Notes under the pieces: generated by a model | The model's database searches: none | What the model saw: only the letters and a program-made list of their open reading frames with translations | What the model was told of the DNA's origin: nothing | Translations under genes and position numbers: made by a program | Shown here: positions 10,685-20,203 of the stretch, piece by piece | Numbering within the stretch: position 1 is the stretch's first letter | Layout: every line of letters begins with the position of its first letter | Assembly (NCBI GenBank): GCA_963781585.1 | Contig: CAWAGQ010000012.1 | Location: 1-64,000 of the forward strand | From: an uncultured Gemmatimonadaceae bacterium | Lineage (GTDB): Bacteria > Gemmatimonadota > Gemmatimonadetes > Gemmatimonadales > Gemmatimonadaceae | DNA length: 64,000 nucleotides | Direction of reading: 5' to 3'

Positions 10685-12064
10685 TTACCGCGCCACTGCG
10701 CCAGATACATGCGTCCGGCTCCGACCCCGCAACGCCGCGTGCTCGTCGCGCCACTGCTCAATTGCTCCGATGGCGCGCTCCGCCATCCGCAGCCTCTTGC
10801 GGCGCTTGTCGGGCTCGACCTCGTCCAGCGGATCCAATAGGCCGAAGTTCGCGTTCATCGGTTGGAAGCGGCTGGGATCCGCTTCCCGCAGGTATCGGTA
10901 CAGTCCGCCGATCATGGTGACCGGTGGTGGAAGCTCCGGCGGATCCCCACCGAGCAGTCGCGACAGGATAATCCCCGCCAGAAGCCCGGTGGCCGCGCTC
11001 TCGGTATACCCCTCGACCCCGGTGAGCTGACCCGCGACCAGCACCTGCGGATCGTCGCGCAGCGACAGGTGTGGCGTGAGGTACGCCGGCGAATTGACGT
11101 AGGAATTCCGATGGACTGATCCGTAGCGCAGGAACTCGGCGTGCGCCAGCCCGGGGATGAGGCGGAGCACGCGCTGCTGCTCGCCGGTGCGCAGTCGCGT
11201 CTGGAATCCGACCAGGTTCCACATCTGTCCCCGTCGATCTTCCATGCGTAGCTGGACCACGGCCCACGGAATCCGACCGGTGCGCGGATCGCGAAGCCCG
11301 ACCGGTTTCATGGGGCCAAATCGCAGGGTGTCGCGTCCGCGCCGGGCCATCTCCTCGACCGGCATGCATCCCTCGAAGTACGGGATGGGATCGAAGTCGT
11401 AGCCGGCATACTGGTCCGCTGACAGCAGGGCATCAAGGAACTGCTCGTAGTCGTCGCGACTGAAGGGGCAATTCAGATACGCCCCCTCGCTTTCGGCCCC
11501 GGTCATGGTCTCCTTGCCGTAACGCGACGCCCGGTAGGCGACGGAAGCGTCGACCGAGTCGCCCGCCACGATCGGCGCGATGGCGTCGTAGAACGCGAGC
11601 GCGCCGCCACCCAGCCGCTCCTGGAGCTGCGCCGCGAGCGCATCGGACGTCAGAGGGCCCGACGCGATGACTGACGGGGTTGGAATCTCCGTGACTTCAT
11701 CGCGCTCGATGCGGATTCCCGGGTGCGCTTCGACGCGCGACGAAACGATTTCAGCGAACCGCGTGCGGTCGACGGCAAGCGCCGACCCACCGGGAATGCG
11801 CGCCTGATCAGCCGCCTCGAGGACCAGACTGCCCAGCACGCGCATTTCGGCCTTGAGCAAGCCGTGCGCGTTGGTGAGCTCGGTGCTCTTGAACGTGTTG
11901 GAGCAGACCAGTTCTGCCAGGCGCGCCGTCTGATGCGCCGGCGTCGTTCGCAGCGGGCGCATCTCGTGGAGAACGACCGGATGCCCGCACTCGGCGAGTT
12001 GCCATGCGGCTTCACTGCCGGCCAGGCCGCCGCCGATGACGTGGACCGCGTCAGCACGCTGCAT
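10685..12064 (-). CDS. trmFO: Methylenetetrahydrofolate--tRNA-(uracil-5-)-methyltransferase
   Basis: VIGGGLAGSEAAWQLA, AELVCSNTF, FYDAIAP, YFEGCMPVE, GQLTGVEGYTES, FQPMNANFG. Confidence 0.97.
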   Translation of the reverse strand: MQRADAVHVIGGGLAGSEAAWQLAECGHPVVLHEMRPLRTTPAHQTARLAELVCSNTFKSTELTNAHGLLKAEMRVLGSLVLEAADQARIPGGSALAVDRTRFAEIVSSRVEAHPGIRIERDEVTEIPTPSVIASGPLTSDALAAQLQERLGGGALAFYDAIAPIVAGDSVDASVAYRASRYGKETMTGAESEGAYLNCPFSRDDYEQFLDALLSADQYAGYDFDPIPYFEGCMPVEEMARRGRDTLRFGPMKPVGLRDPRTGRIPWAVVQLRMEDRRGQMWNLVGFQTRLRTGEQQRVLRLIPGLAHAEFLRYGSVHRNSYVNSPAYLTPHLSLRDDPQVLVAGQLTGVEGYTESAATGLLAGIILSRLLGGDPPELPPPVTMIGGLYRYLREADPSRFQPMNANFGLLDPLDEVEPDKRRKRLRMAERAIGAIEQWRDEHAALRGRSRTHVSGAVAR

Positions 12065-12147
12065 GAGGCTGAGTATACAGTCGGCGACGTCTCAGGGCAT
12101 CGCAGGCAGTCTCAGCCCCCGCCGAGTTTGACGGCGACGTGCGGCGC

Positions 12148-12730
12148 TCACGCCGACGGGCTTCGGACTTGCCACGTGGGGTCGAGGGCGAGGACCGGGT
12201 ATGGCAGGGGCGCCGGCCGCCGCCAGACAATCTCCCCCGTGGTCGCGCGCAGCGCCCACACGATGCCGCCACCAGCCCTCGAAGATGAGCGAGTCGTTTG
12301 CCGCGGGATTCGAGTTGGCGGTCGAAGCCCCGGTCTCGCCGCGAAAATGCCAGCGCGGCACCCCCGTGACACGATCGAACGCGTAGAGTTCGATGTCCAC
12401 CATGACGACATTCGGACCGGAAACGGCGGTGCCAAACCCGATCGTCTGGCCGCTGGTGTTCTGCGTATGGCTTCGCCACGCGATCCTGCCGGTTGCTTTC
12501 TCGACGGCGACGAGTTCGTTGTTGAGGCCGGAGAAGTAGACGCGGGTGGAATCGGCGCTGGCGCGGCCCGCAGTCGCCGCCTGTACCGCCCAGGCGATGG
12601 ATGGTCGCCGCCCGAACCGCGGGTCGAGCGGCGAGTCATGGTGACAGCTCGTGCCTGTCGTGAGCAGCGACCACATCATGAGGATGCGCGCTGGGTCCAG
12701 GCGAAGCGGCTTGTGGTGAAATGTCGACAC
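12148..12730 (-). pseudogene. Truncated/frameshifted PQQ-like beta-propeller (BamB-like) lipoprotein fragment
   Basis: Blade motifs LVAVEKATGRIAW and LYAFDRVTGVPRWHF, plus IVWALRATTGEIVW in a second frame; only ~3 blades before a stop. Confidence 0.6.
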
Positions 12731-12895
12731 AGTTGACTACGGGCAGATCGGGTCATGCTTCCCGGCCAAGTGTCAATCAGGTCCGGTCACCACGGAATCG
12801 CAGGGGGCCGGCACGCGCTGTCGAACACTACTCCGAAGTCTTGTGCGGGAAGGCCTCATAAACGCGGCTTGGCGAGGGCGACGGTTCGCCTGCCA

Positions 12896-15427
12896 TCACA
12901 CCGCGACGGCTTCAGCCTCCGCCGGCACGGCGTCCCACTCGTTCCCGCACTTGAGGCAGCGACGATACTCGCCGCGCGTCTTGTTACGCTTGGATTCCGC
13001 GCCAACGTAACCGCACTCGGGGCACTTCTCCGCAACGGGGCGATCCCAACAGACGAAATCGCAATTCGGATAGTTGGAGCAACCGAAGAACGCCTTGCCT
13101 CGCTTCTTCGACCTGCGCTCGGCGATGTCGCCACCGTCCTTGGGACACAGCACGCCGGTCGGCATGGAGCGGGTGCCGCGGCACTTGGGGAAGCGGCTGC
13201 AGCCCAGGAAATTGCCCGACCGGCCATGGCGAATGACCATCGGAGCACCGCACTCGTGGCATTTGTATGGCGTGAGCTCCGGCGGCTTGCGCTCACCCTT
13301 GATTGGCCGGGTGTACTTGCAGTTCTTCGGATGGTTCTCGCAGGCCACGAACGGCCCGAAGAAGCCGCCCTTGGCCACGAGCTTTCCGCCACACACCGGA
13401 CACCGGTCCTTCTCGAGCGACGAGAGGTCGTGGGCCTCGGCAATCAGCGCCTCCACCTTCGCGGTGTTCAGCGAGGTCTCGAAGGGGCCGTAGAAGTCCT
13501 TCAGGAGGCGACGCCATCCCTGCGAGCCTTCCTCGATCTTGTCGAGTTCCGCCTCCATCTCGGAGGTGAACCCCACGTCGAACACGTCGGGGAACTGCTT
13601 GACCATCACGCGCTCCACGCTCTCGCCTAACGGCGTCGGGAAGAACCGTCGCTGCTCCAGCGTCACGTAGTGGCGATCCTGGAGCGTGGAGATGATCTGC
13701 GCGTAGGTGGACGGCCGGCCGATCCCCAGCCGCTCGAGTTCCTTGACCAGACTGGCTTCCGAAAAGCGGGGCGGGGGCTCCGTGAAATGCTGGTCGGGCG
13801 TGATGTCGACCATCGGGATGCGCTCGCCACGCTCCGCGGGCGGCAGCGCCTGCTCGTCCTCGAGCGCCCTGCCCTCCCCTTCCTCGCGCGACTCGCGATA
13901 GAGCGCGAGGAATCCCGGGAACTTCACGACGCTCCCCGTCGCGCGGAACAGGAAATGACGGTCCGCCCGATCGGCGCTGGCCAGATCGAAGTCCAGCGTG
14001 GTCGTGTCGAACACGGCCGGCGCCATCTGCGACGCCATGAACCGCTGCCACACCAGCTGATACAGGCGAAACTGCTCGTCCTTGAGATATCGCCTGATGT
14101 CTTCCGGGCGGCGCGCCGGATCCGTCGGCCGGACGGCTTCGTGCGCGTCCTGCGTGTTGGCCGACTGCCTGGCGCCTCCATACAGTTGCGGCCCGGGCGC
14201 GAGGTACGCCGCCCCGAACTGCCGCTCCAGGGTCTCGCGCGCGTGCAGCGCCGCGCTTTCCGCGACCCGCGTGCTGTCGGTGCGCATGTACGTGATCAGC
14301 CCGACGGCTCCCTCGTCTCCGATCTCGACGCCCTCGTACAGCCCCTGCGCCACGCGCATGGTGCGCTTCGATCCGAGGCCGAGCTTCTTCGCCGCTTCCT
14401 GCTGCAGGGTGCTGGTGGTGAACGGAGCCGCGGGGTTCTTGCGGCGCTCGCGCCGTTTGACCTCGGTGAGCGGGAACGCGCGATCGACGTCCATGCCGGC
14501 GTCGCTCGCCACCCGGCGCGCGGCGCGGTCCACCTGGTCGACGATGCTACGCGCCTGCTGTTCGTCATGAATGCCGACTTTCTGCCCGTCGACCGCGTGC
14601 AACCGCGCCGTGAAGCGCTGCGCGTTCTTCTCGAGCTGCGCGGCGATGGTCCAGTACTCCTGTGGCTTGAAAGCGCGAATCTCACGCTCGCGTTCTACCA
14701 TCAGCCGAAGGGCGACCGTCTGCACGCGACCGGCTGAAAGTCCCTTCTTCACGGTCTTCCAGAGCAGCGGGCTCGCCTTGTATCCGACCAACCGGTCGAG
14801 TACGCGTCGCGCCTGCTGCGCCTCCACCAGGCGCATATCGATCTCGCGGGGATGCGACATGGCCTCACGGACGGCATCGCGTGTGATCTCATGGAAGAGC
14901 ACGCGCCTGACGCGAGCGCCGTTCTTCTTGGGCAGCTGCTCGGAAACATGCCAGCCGATGGCCTCGCCTTCACGATCGGGGTCGGTCGCGATGAAGATCT
15001 GGCCCACGCCCTTCGACGCCTCGCGGATCTCGTCGAGCGTCTTCTCCTTCCCGACGATGGTCACGTATTCGGGCGCGAATCCCTTCTCGATGTCGATGCC
15101 GAGTCGCTTTTCGGGCAGGTCTCTCAGATGACCGACAGTCGCCTTCACACGGTACCCGCGTCCGAGGTACTTCCCGATCGTCCTGGCCTTGGCCGGCGAC
15201 TCGACGATCACGAGCGCGGAGGCGCCGTTGCCGCCATTCGAGCTGGCGGAGATCTCCTCTGGAACGGAGCGGCTGCGGCCCTTCTTTGGACCAGCCGCCT
15301 TGCCGCGCGCGGTTTTCCTGGTGGTTTTCCCACGGGACGACGCAGCCCGCCTGGATTCCCCCCGCCCCGCGATCTTCCGCGTAACGGGGGTCTCCTTTTC
15401 GTCTCTGGGTTTCCTTGTAGATGCCAT
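12896..15427 (-). CDS. topA: DNA topoisomerase I
   Basis: LVIVESPAKA, ATDPDREGEAI, SAGRVQ, GLITYMRTDS, GIGRPSTY, C-terminal C4 zinc ribbons. Confidence 0.97.
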   Translation of the reverse strand: MASTRKPRDEKETPVTRKIAGRGESRRAASSRGKTTRKTARGKAAGPKKGRSRSVPEEISASSNGGNGASALVIVESPAKARTIGKYLGRGYRVKATVGHLRDLPEKRLGIDIEKGFAPEYVTIVGKEKTLDEIREASKGVGQIFIATDPDREGEAIGWHVSEQLPKKNGARVRRVLFHEITRDAVREAMSHPREIDMRLVEAQQARRVLDRLVGYKASPLLWKTVKKGLSAGRVQTVALRLMVEREREIRAFKPQEYWTIAAQLEKNAQRFTARLHAVDGQKVGIHDEQQARSIVDQVDRAARRVASDAGMDVDRAFPLTEVKRRERRKNPAAPFTTSTLQQEAAKKLGLGSKRTMRVAQGLYEGVEIGDEGAVGLITYMRTDSTRVAESAALHARETLERQFGAAYLAPGPQLYGGARQSANTQDAHEAVRPTDPARRPEDIRRYLKDEQFRLYQLVWQRFMASQMAPAVFDTTTLDFDLASADRADRHFLFRATGSVVKFPGFLALYRESREEGEGRALEDEQALPPAERGERIPMVDITPDQHFTEPPPRFSEASLVKELERLGIGRPSTYAQIISTLQDRHYVTLEQRRFFPTPLGESVERVMVKQFPDVFDVGFTSEMEAELDKIEEGSQGWRRLLKDFYGPFETSLNTAKVEALIAEAHDLSSLEKDRCPVCGGKLVAKGGFFGPFVACENHPKNCKYTRPIKGERKPPELTPYKCHECGAPMVIRHGRSGNFLGCSRFPKCRGTRSMPTGVLCPKDGGDIAERRSKKRGKAFFGCSNYPNCDFVCWDRPVAEKCPECGYVGAESKRNKTRGEYRRCLKCGNEWDAVPAEAEAVAV

Positions 15428-15430
15428 TGG

Positions 15431-15859
15431 TTAATGAACGTTTACTTGTTCGAGTCCCGTGCCCGAATCGTCGAGCCCGCCGCCATCGAGGATTGCGCGA
15501 ATATCCTCGAGCGCGATGCGGCCGTCGAAGTGCATGAGCGCCCGGTCTATCACGTGTTCGAGCTGTGGCGCGGTGAGCGCCCCGGAGCTCGACAACGACA
15601 ACAGATGTCCCCAGGCTTCTGGAGCGAACCGCCCCCACTCGTGCGGACCCAGTACTCGGAAAGTCATGATATGGTCAAGGCTCGACCGCTTCTGATCGGT
15701 CGACTCCCTACGATCTGCAAAAAAGCGGGATACTACCTCACCTATTTGTCCCCGGTCGTACCCTTTCGACGACAGATAAGACTCGATCTCGGCAACATCC
15801 GTATCAGTCGAAAAGCGCCGTCGGAGCCGGTTGAGGATCGCGGCCAAGCGGTCTTCCAT
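15431..15859 (-). CDS. Smg/DUF494 family protein
   Basis: FRVLGPHEWGRFAPEAWGHLL...LEHVIDRAL, ends VH; conserved position upstream of topA. Confidence 0.8.
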   Translation of the reverse strand: MEDRLAAILNRLRRRFSTDTDVAEIESYLSSKGYDRGQIGEVVSRFFADRRESTDQKRSSLDHIMTFRVLGPHEWGRFAPEAWGHLLSLSSSGALTAPQLEHVIDRALMHFDGRIALEDIRAILDGGGLDDSGTGLEQVNVH

Positions 15860-15862
15860 GGC

Positions 15863-16468
15863 CTAGTCAACCAGCCATCCCCAGCGCCCCGCAAGCGCCA
15901 GGATTGTCTGTGTAACTCCTTCTACTGCAAGGAGTTCCGTGTTCACCTCGGCATCGGCTGCCGAATAGTGAGGAGCTCGCTCGCGCTGCAGGCCGGCCAT
16001 GACTCCCACCGGGTCGTCCCCTGCAAGAAGGGGCCTGGAGGTCCTGCGAGTTCCCAACCGCGAGATTGCGGTCCCGATTTCCACGCGCAGGTGGATGATA
16101 CGCGCGGGAGGGCGCAGAAGTGCCAGATTGGCCGCTTCCTGCACCCAGCCGCCCCCGGGTGCGAGTATCTGAGGAATGGCTCCTTGCAGCTCTTCGGTCA
16201 ACTCCCTCTCGAGTTTCCGGAAGTACGCCTCACCGCGTTCACTGAAGATCCGGGCCACCGACTTTCCCTGTCGGCGCTCGATCTCCTCATCGAAGTCGAG
16301 GAACGGTGCGCGCAGACTTACGGCGAGATGACGTCCGACGCTTGTTTTGCCAGCGCCCGGTAGACCGACGAGAATCAGATGGGCTCCGGCGCGCGGTGAA
16401 ACCACGCCTGCGGAGACCGTGTGCGCAACCCCGCGTCGTTCGGCGCTGTTCCCTTTGTGGCCGGTCAC
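15863..16468 (-). CDS. aroK: Shikimate kinase
   Basis: LVGLPGAGKTSVG, IFSERGEAYFRKLE, APGGG, RPLL. Confidence 0.93.
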   Translation of the reverse strand: MTGHKGNSAERRGVAHTVSAGVVSPRAGAHLILVGLPGAGKTSVGRHLAVSLRAPFLDFDEEIERRQGKSVARIFSERGEAYFRKLERELTEELQGAIPQILAPGGGWVQEAANLALLRPPARIIHLRVEIGTAISRLGTRRTSRPLLAGDDPVGVMAGLQRERAPHYSAADAEVNTELLAVEGVTQTILALAGRWGWLVD

Positions 16469-17655
16469 GATCCGATGCGTTCAGAGATTCGTGACAGATA
16501 GCCGGAGTAGTTTCGTCGCGTCTCGTTGAGCGAGTCGCCGCCGAATTTCTCGAGCCAGGCCTGCGCCAGGACGAACGCGACCATTGCTTCCGCGATGACA
16601 CCCATGGCTGGAACGGCGGTCACGTCGCTTCGTTCAGCCGTGGCGGCCGCGGCTTCACCGGTGGCGACATCGACGGTGCCGAGCGGGCGCATGAGAGTGC
16701 TGATCGGCTTCATCGCGACGCGCACGACCAGGGGTTCACCGGTCGTCATGCCTCCTTCGGTGCCACCGGCCCGATTCGTGCGCCGGCGAACGTTGCCGGT
16801 GCGAGTGCTTCCGGGTGCGCCCTCGATCTCGTCGTGTACTTCCGCGCCGGTGCGTCGCGCCGTGTTCATGCCCAGGCCGATTTCCATCCCTTTGACGGCG
16901 GGGATGGAGAGCAGCGCCGCGCCAAGTCGGCCATCCAGCTTGCGGTCCCACGACACGTGGGCGCCGAGGCCAACGGGGAGTCCGTCGGCGACCACCTCGC
17001 AGATTCCGCCGAGGGTGTTGCCGGTGGCTTTCACCTCGTCGATGCGGGCGATCACCCGGCGTGCCGCCTCCGGGTCGAGCATCCGGACGGGAGAGGCGTC
17101 GGCCCCTTCATTAATATTGTCCGGCATCGGGTCGGGCGGCGTCGCGTCGATGCCGCCGAGATGGGTGACGTGACTCCCGATACGCACACCGAACTCGGCG
17201 AGCAGGCGTTTGCAGATCGCGCCGGCGGCGACTCTGGCGGTGGTCTCACGCGCCGACGCGCGTTCCAGAATGTCCCGTGCGTCTTCGCGGTCGTACTTGA
17301 GCAGGCCGGTGAGGTCGGCGTGGCCGGGACGAGGTCGGGTGACGGCGCGGCGGCGGGGTGACGGATCGCCCTCACGAACCCCGGGGTCCATGATCTCCTG
17401 CCAGTTGGCCCAGTCGCGGTTGCGGATGAGCATCGCGATCGGCGAGCCTAACGTCTCGCCGGCGCGAACGCCGGCGAGGAATTCGATCTCGTCGTGCTCG
17501 ATCTGCATGCGACGGCCCCGCCCGTAGCCCTGCTGGCGCCGGGCGAGTTCGCGATTCACGTCGTCGCCGGCGAGGGGCAATCCGGCGACCATCCCCTCGA
17601 GGACGCTCACCAGCGCCGGACCGTGTGATTCTCCCGCCGTCACGAAGCGCAGCAT
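16465..17655 (-). CDS. aroC: Chorismate synthase
   Basis: MLRFVTAGESHG, RRQQGYGRG, PRPGHADL, ERASARETT, MKPISTL, ERSD. Confidence 0.97.
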   Translation of the reverse strand: MLRFVTAGESHGPALVSVLEGMVAGLPLAGDDVNRELARRQQGYGRGRRMQIEHDEIEFLAGVRAGETLGSPIAMLIRNRDWANWQEIMDPGVREGDPSPRRRAVTRPRPGHADLTGLLKYDREDARDILERASARETTARVAAGAICKRLLAEFGVRIGSHVTHLGGIDATPPDPMPDNINEGADASPVRMLDPEAARRVIARIDEVKATGNTLGGICEVVADGLPVGLGAHVSWDRKLDGRLGAALLSIPAVKGMEIGLGMNTARRTGAEVHDEIEGAPGSTRTGNVRRRTNRAGGTEGGMTTGEPLVVRVAMKPISTLMRPLGTVDVATGEAAAATAERSDVTAVPAMGVIAEAMVAFVLAQAWLEKFGGDSLNETRRNYSGYLSRISERIGS

Positions 17656-17664
17656 AGTCTCCGC

Positions 17665-17700
17665 AAAAACGCGAGCCCGACCAGGGAAGTCGGGCTCGCG
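17665..17700 (-). terminator. Rho-independent terminator after the pilM-Q/lipoprotein operon
   Basis: 12-bp perfect stem CGCGAGCCCGAC/GTCGGGCTCGCG followed by T5 on the minus strand. Confidence 0.8.
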
Positions 17701-17731
17701 AAGGACGTCTCGTGAAACCAGCGCGCTCGGC

Positions 17732-20185
17732 TCAGGGGCTCCGCGCGTTGTCGATATCTCCCTTGCGCACATCTATGACCACGATTCCTTCCGAGGTCAA
17801 GCCGAAGAGCTTCACGGCCAGGGTGGGATCAGCCGACCGTTCGGCGGGCGTGGGCAGCACGGCGCGCAACGGACCATACAGGTTTTCGCGGATCGGAATC
17901 CGGCCGCGCAGCCGATAGCTGTAGCTGTCGACGATCTGGATCGACTTGTCGCCGGAGGCCACGAACGCCACGCGGGTGAGTGAGTCGGCCGGATTCTCAT
18001 CGACGTTCAGCGGGTGGAAGGCAATCCCGGCGCCGGTGTTGAATGTCGCGAACTTGCCCTGGAGCCGGAGCGACGAGTCGGCGAAGAACGTCTCCACGCC
18101 GTGCACGCCGATGTTTGCGCTGTTGCCATTGATGGCGAGGCCAAAGACCTTGTCGGAGGCGTTGTTGGTCAGGTCGGCGACCTCGATCGGTGCGGAGTAG
18201 GCCTCGCTCCCGGCCGGCGTACCGGAGGGGTCGAAGACCAGGAGCACCCGGCCGGCGGTGCCGGCGGTATGCCCCTCACCGAAGGCGACACGGCGCCGGT
18301 CACCACCCACCGCCACGAAGTTCGTGTCGGGGAGGGCGAGCGATTCCACCTCAAGATCCTTGATGGCCTCGAGGTTGCCGTTCACGGGCGCCGACCGCAG
18401 GGCCGCGACGGCCCCCTCGACGGTGCCGGATGAGACGCAGGTGGCGGTTGTGGGCGAGTCGCCCGGCGTGTGCTCGCAGATGACGATGAGATCCGGCACG
18501 CCACTCTGTCCGGGAATGACGTCCACGAAATCCGAGTTCGTGATCACGTAGTGTCCCGCCCGGAAGGCGCCGTACTGCCAGATCTGGCGCGGTTCGGTGC
18601 GTGCGTCGAGGAAGTTGTCGATGCGCCGCAGCGTGCCCGGGGTGGCGGTGGTCGTCGGGCGCGTGGAGTAGTACAGCGCGCCGCTTGCCGACTGCCCGAT
18701 GAACTGCGGACGGTCGGAGTAGTCGATTGGTGCCGACACCTTGTACTTGTAGCCGCCTGACGTCTCGTCCTTCGTGTAGGTGACGTCGAACAGGTACTCA
18801 TTGGATGTCTTCACCCGTCCGGTTTCGAGCCGGCTGAGGAGACTGACCTTCGAGATGTTGGTTCCGCCGGAATTCGCCACCAGCAGGAGCGAACCCGAGT
18901 TGTCGATGATCATGCCCCAGGGCATGGCGCCCACCGCCACCGCCGGCAGCGACGAGAGCGTGGTGCCGTAGTTCCAGGCTTCGAGCTCGTTTCTATTGAT
19001 GTTGGAGACGTACACGGTTGCCCGCGTGGTATCCACGATCAGATCCGCACCCAGGCTGCCCGCCGGCAGGCCGTAGGTGAGCCCGTAGGCATAGACCGCA
19101 GGGTCGCGCTTGGCGATCGCGTCGGAAGTGACGGGCACGTTGGAACCGTTGGCGACCGCGTAGCCGGTGTGTCCGGCACCGTCGGTGGCGTAGGCGGTGA
19201 TGGTGAAGGTGGTGCCGCGCAACGAAACCGGCGCGCTGAAGGCCTTGCGGCGCGTAACCTGTTGTGCGGGGGCGGCGAGGGTGTCGGCGCTCCGGTAGAC
19301 GATGTTGCCGTTGGCATCCTTCGCGATGAAGCCGACGATACCAATGATGCCGTCAGCGTCGCGCGCGGCGATGTCGATGGAATCCGGCGTCTCCAACCGC
19401 GGAGGCACAGTCTGGAAGACCAGCGGCGCAACCAGGTCCGGTCCCGCGGCCTGCACGCGGACCGTCAGCACCTGGCCGGCGGTGCGCAAGCCGTCGCGGT
19501 TTTCGGCGAACGGCGTGATCGTGAAGGTAGTCCCGACCGCCACGCCACCCGGCAGGGCGACCGTGAAGGAGACCGTATCGGTCTTGGGGAGTGGGACGCC
19601 GAACGACGTGCTGTCGGCCCGGTTGATGCCGGGGCCGACGGCCTTGTAGCCGGCCTTGGCCACGCCGGTCGAGTCGGCGAGGGAGAGATCGAAGGAATAC
19701 GTCCCGCCCACGATCACCGTCGCCGCCGGCTGCACGAAGTGGAGTTGCGGCACGTTGGGATCGAAGGCCACCGCCGTCGCCTGGCCGGACGCGGCGTTGC
19801 CCGCGCCGTCGCTCACGCTGGTGAGCACGGTGATTTCCTGGCCGGACTGTACGCCGGACAGGTTGATGTTCAGGATCTTGTCGTAGCTCTTGCCGCCGAT
19901 GACCGCGGTGTCGCGCTGGATGAGCGTGGTGTCCGCGTACACGCGGGTGATGATACCGTAGAGCGCGGCGTTATCGGTCGCCAAGATGTGCACCTGCATG
20001 GGAAGGCGCACCGACACGGAGTCGACGCCTTCACTGCCGGTCTTGCTCTCGATGTTGATGGACACCGAGGGAATGACGCGGTCCTGGCCGGACGACGCGA
20101 TGTCCGTCGAGCCGCAACTCGCGAGTATTGCGGTCGCGAGCGCGCCAGTGGCCACAGAGGCCGCGCGATGCATGAGAAGCCTCAT
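17732..20185 (-). CDS. Large lipoprotein with Ig-like repeats and a YVTN-like beta-propeller
   Basis: Lipobox ILAS|C; repeated ATD/SD-x-AG-N Ig-like motifs; VAVGAMPWG...LLVANSGGTNISKV propeller blades. Confidence 0.7.
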   Translation of the reverse strand: MRLLMHRAASVATGALATAILASCGSTDIASSGQDRVIPSVSINIESKTGSEGVDSVSVRLPMQVHILATDNAALYGIITRVYADTTLIQRDTAVIGGKSYDKILNINLSGVQSGQEITVLTSVSDGAGNAASGQATAVAFDPNVPQLHFVQPAATVIVGGTYSFDLSLADSTGVAKAGYKAVGPGINRADSTSFGVPLPKTDTVSFTVALPGGVAVGTTFTITPFAENRDGLRTAGQVLTVRVQAAGPDLVAPLVFQTVPPRLETPDSIDIAARDADGIIGIVGFIAKDANGNIVYRSADTLAAPAQQVTRRKAFSAPVSLRGTTFTITAYATDGAGHTGYAVANGSNVPVTSDAIAKRDPAVYAYGLTYGLPAGSLGADLIVDTTRATVYVSNINRNELEAWNYGTTLSSLPAVAVGAMPWGMIIDNSGSLLLVANSGGTNISKVSLLSRLETGRVKTSNEYLFDVTYTKDETSGGYKYKVSAPIDYSDRPQFIGQSASGALYYSTRPTTTATPGTLRRIDNFLDARTEPRQIWQYGAFRAGHYVITNSDFVDVIPGQSGVPDLIVICEHTPGDSPTTATCVSSGTVEGAVAALRSAPVNGNLEAIKDLEVESLALPDTNFVAVGGDRRRVAFGEGHTAGTAGRVLLVFDPSGTPAGSEAYSAPIEVADLTNNASDKVFGLAINGNSANIGVHGVETFFADSSLRLQGKFATFNTGAGIAFHPLNVDENPADSLTRVAFVASGDKSIQIVDSYSYRLRGRIPIRENLYGPLRAVLPTPAERSADPTLAVKLFGLTSEGIVVIDVRKGDIDNARSP

Positions 20186-20203
20186 CGTCAGGACTCCGTA
20201 GCG

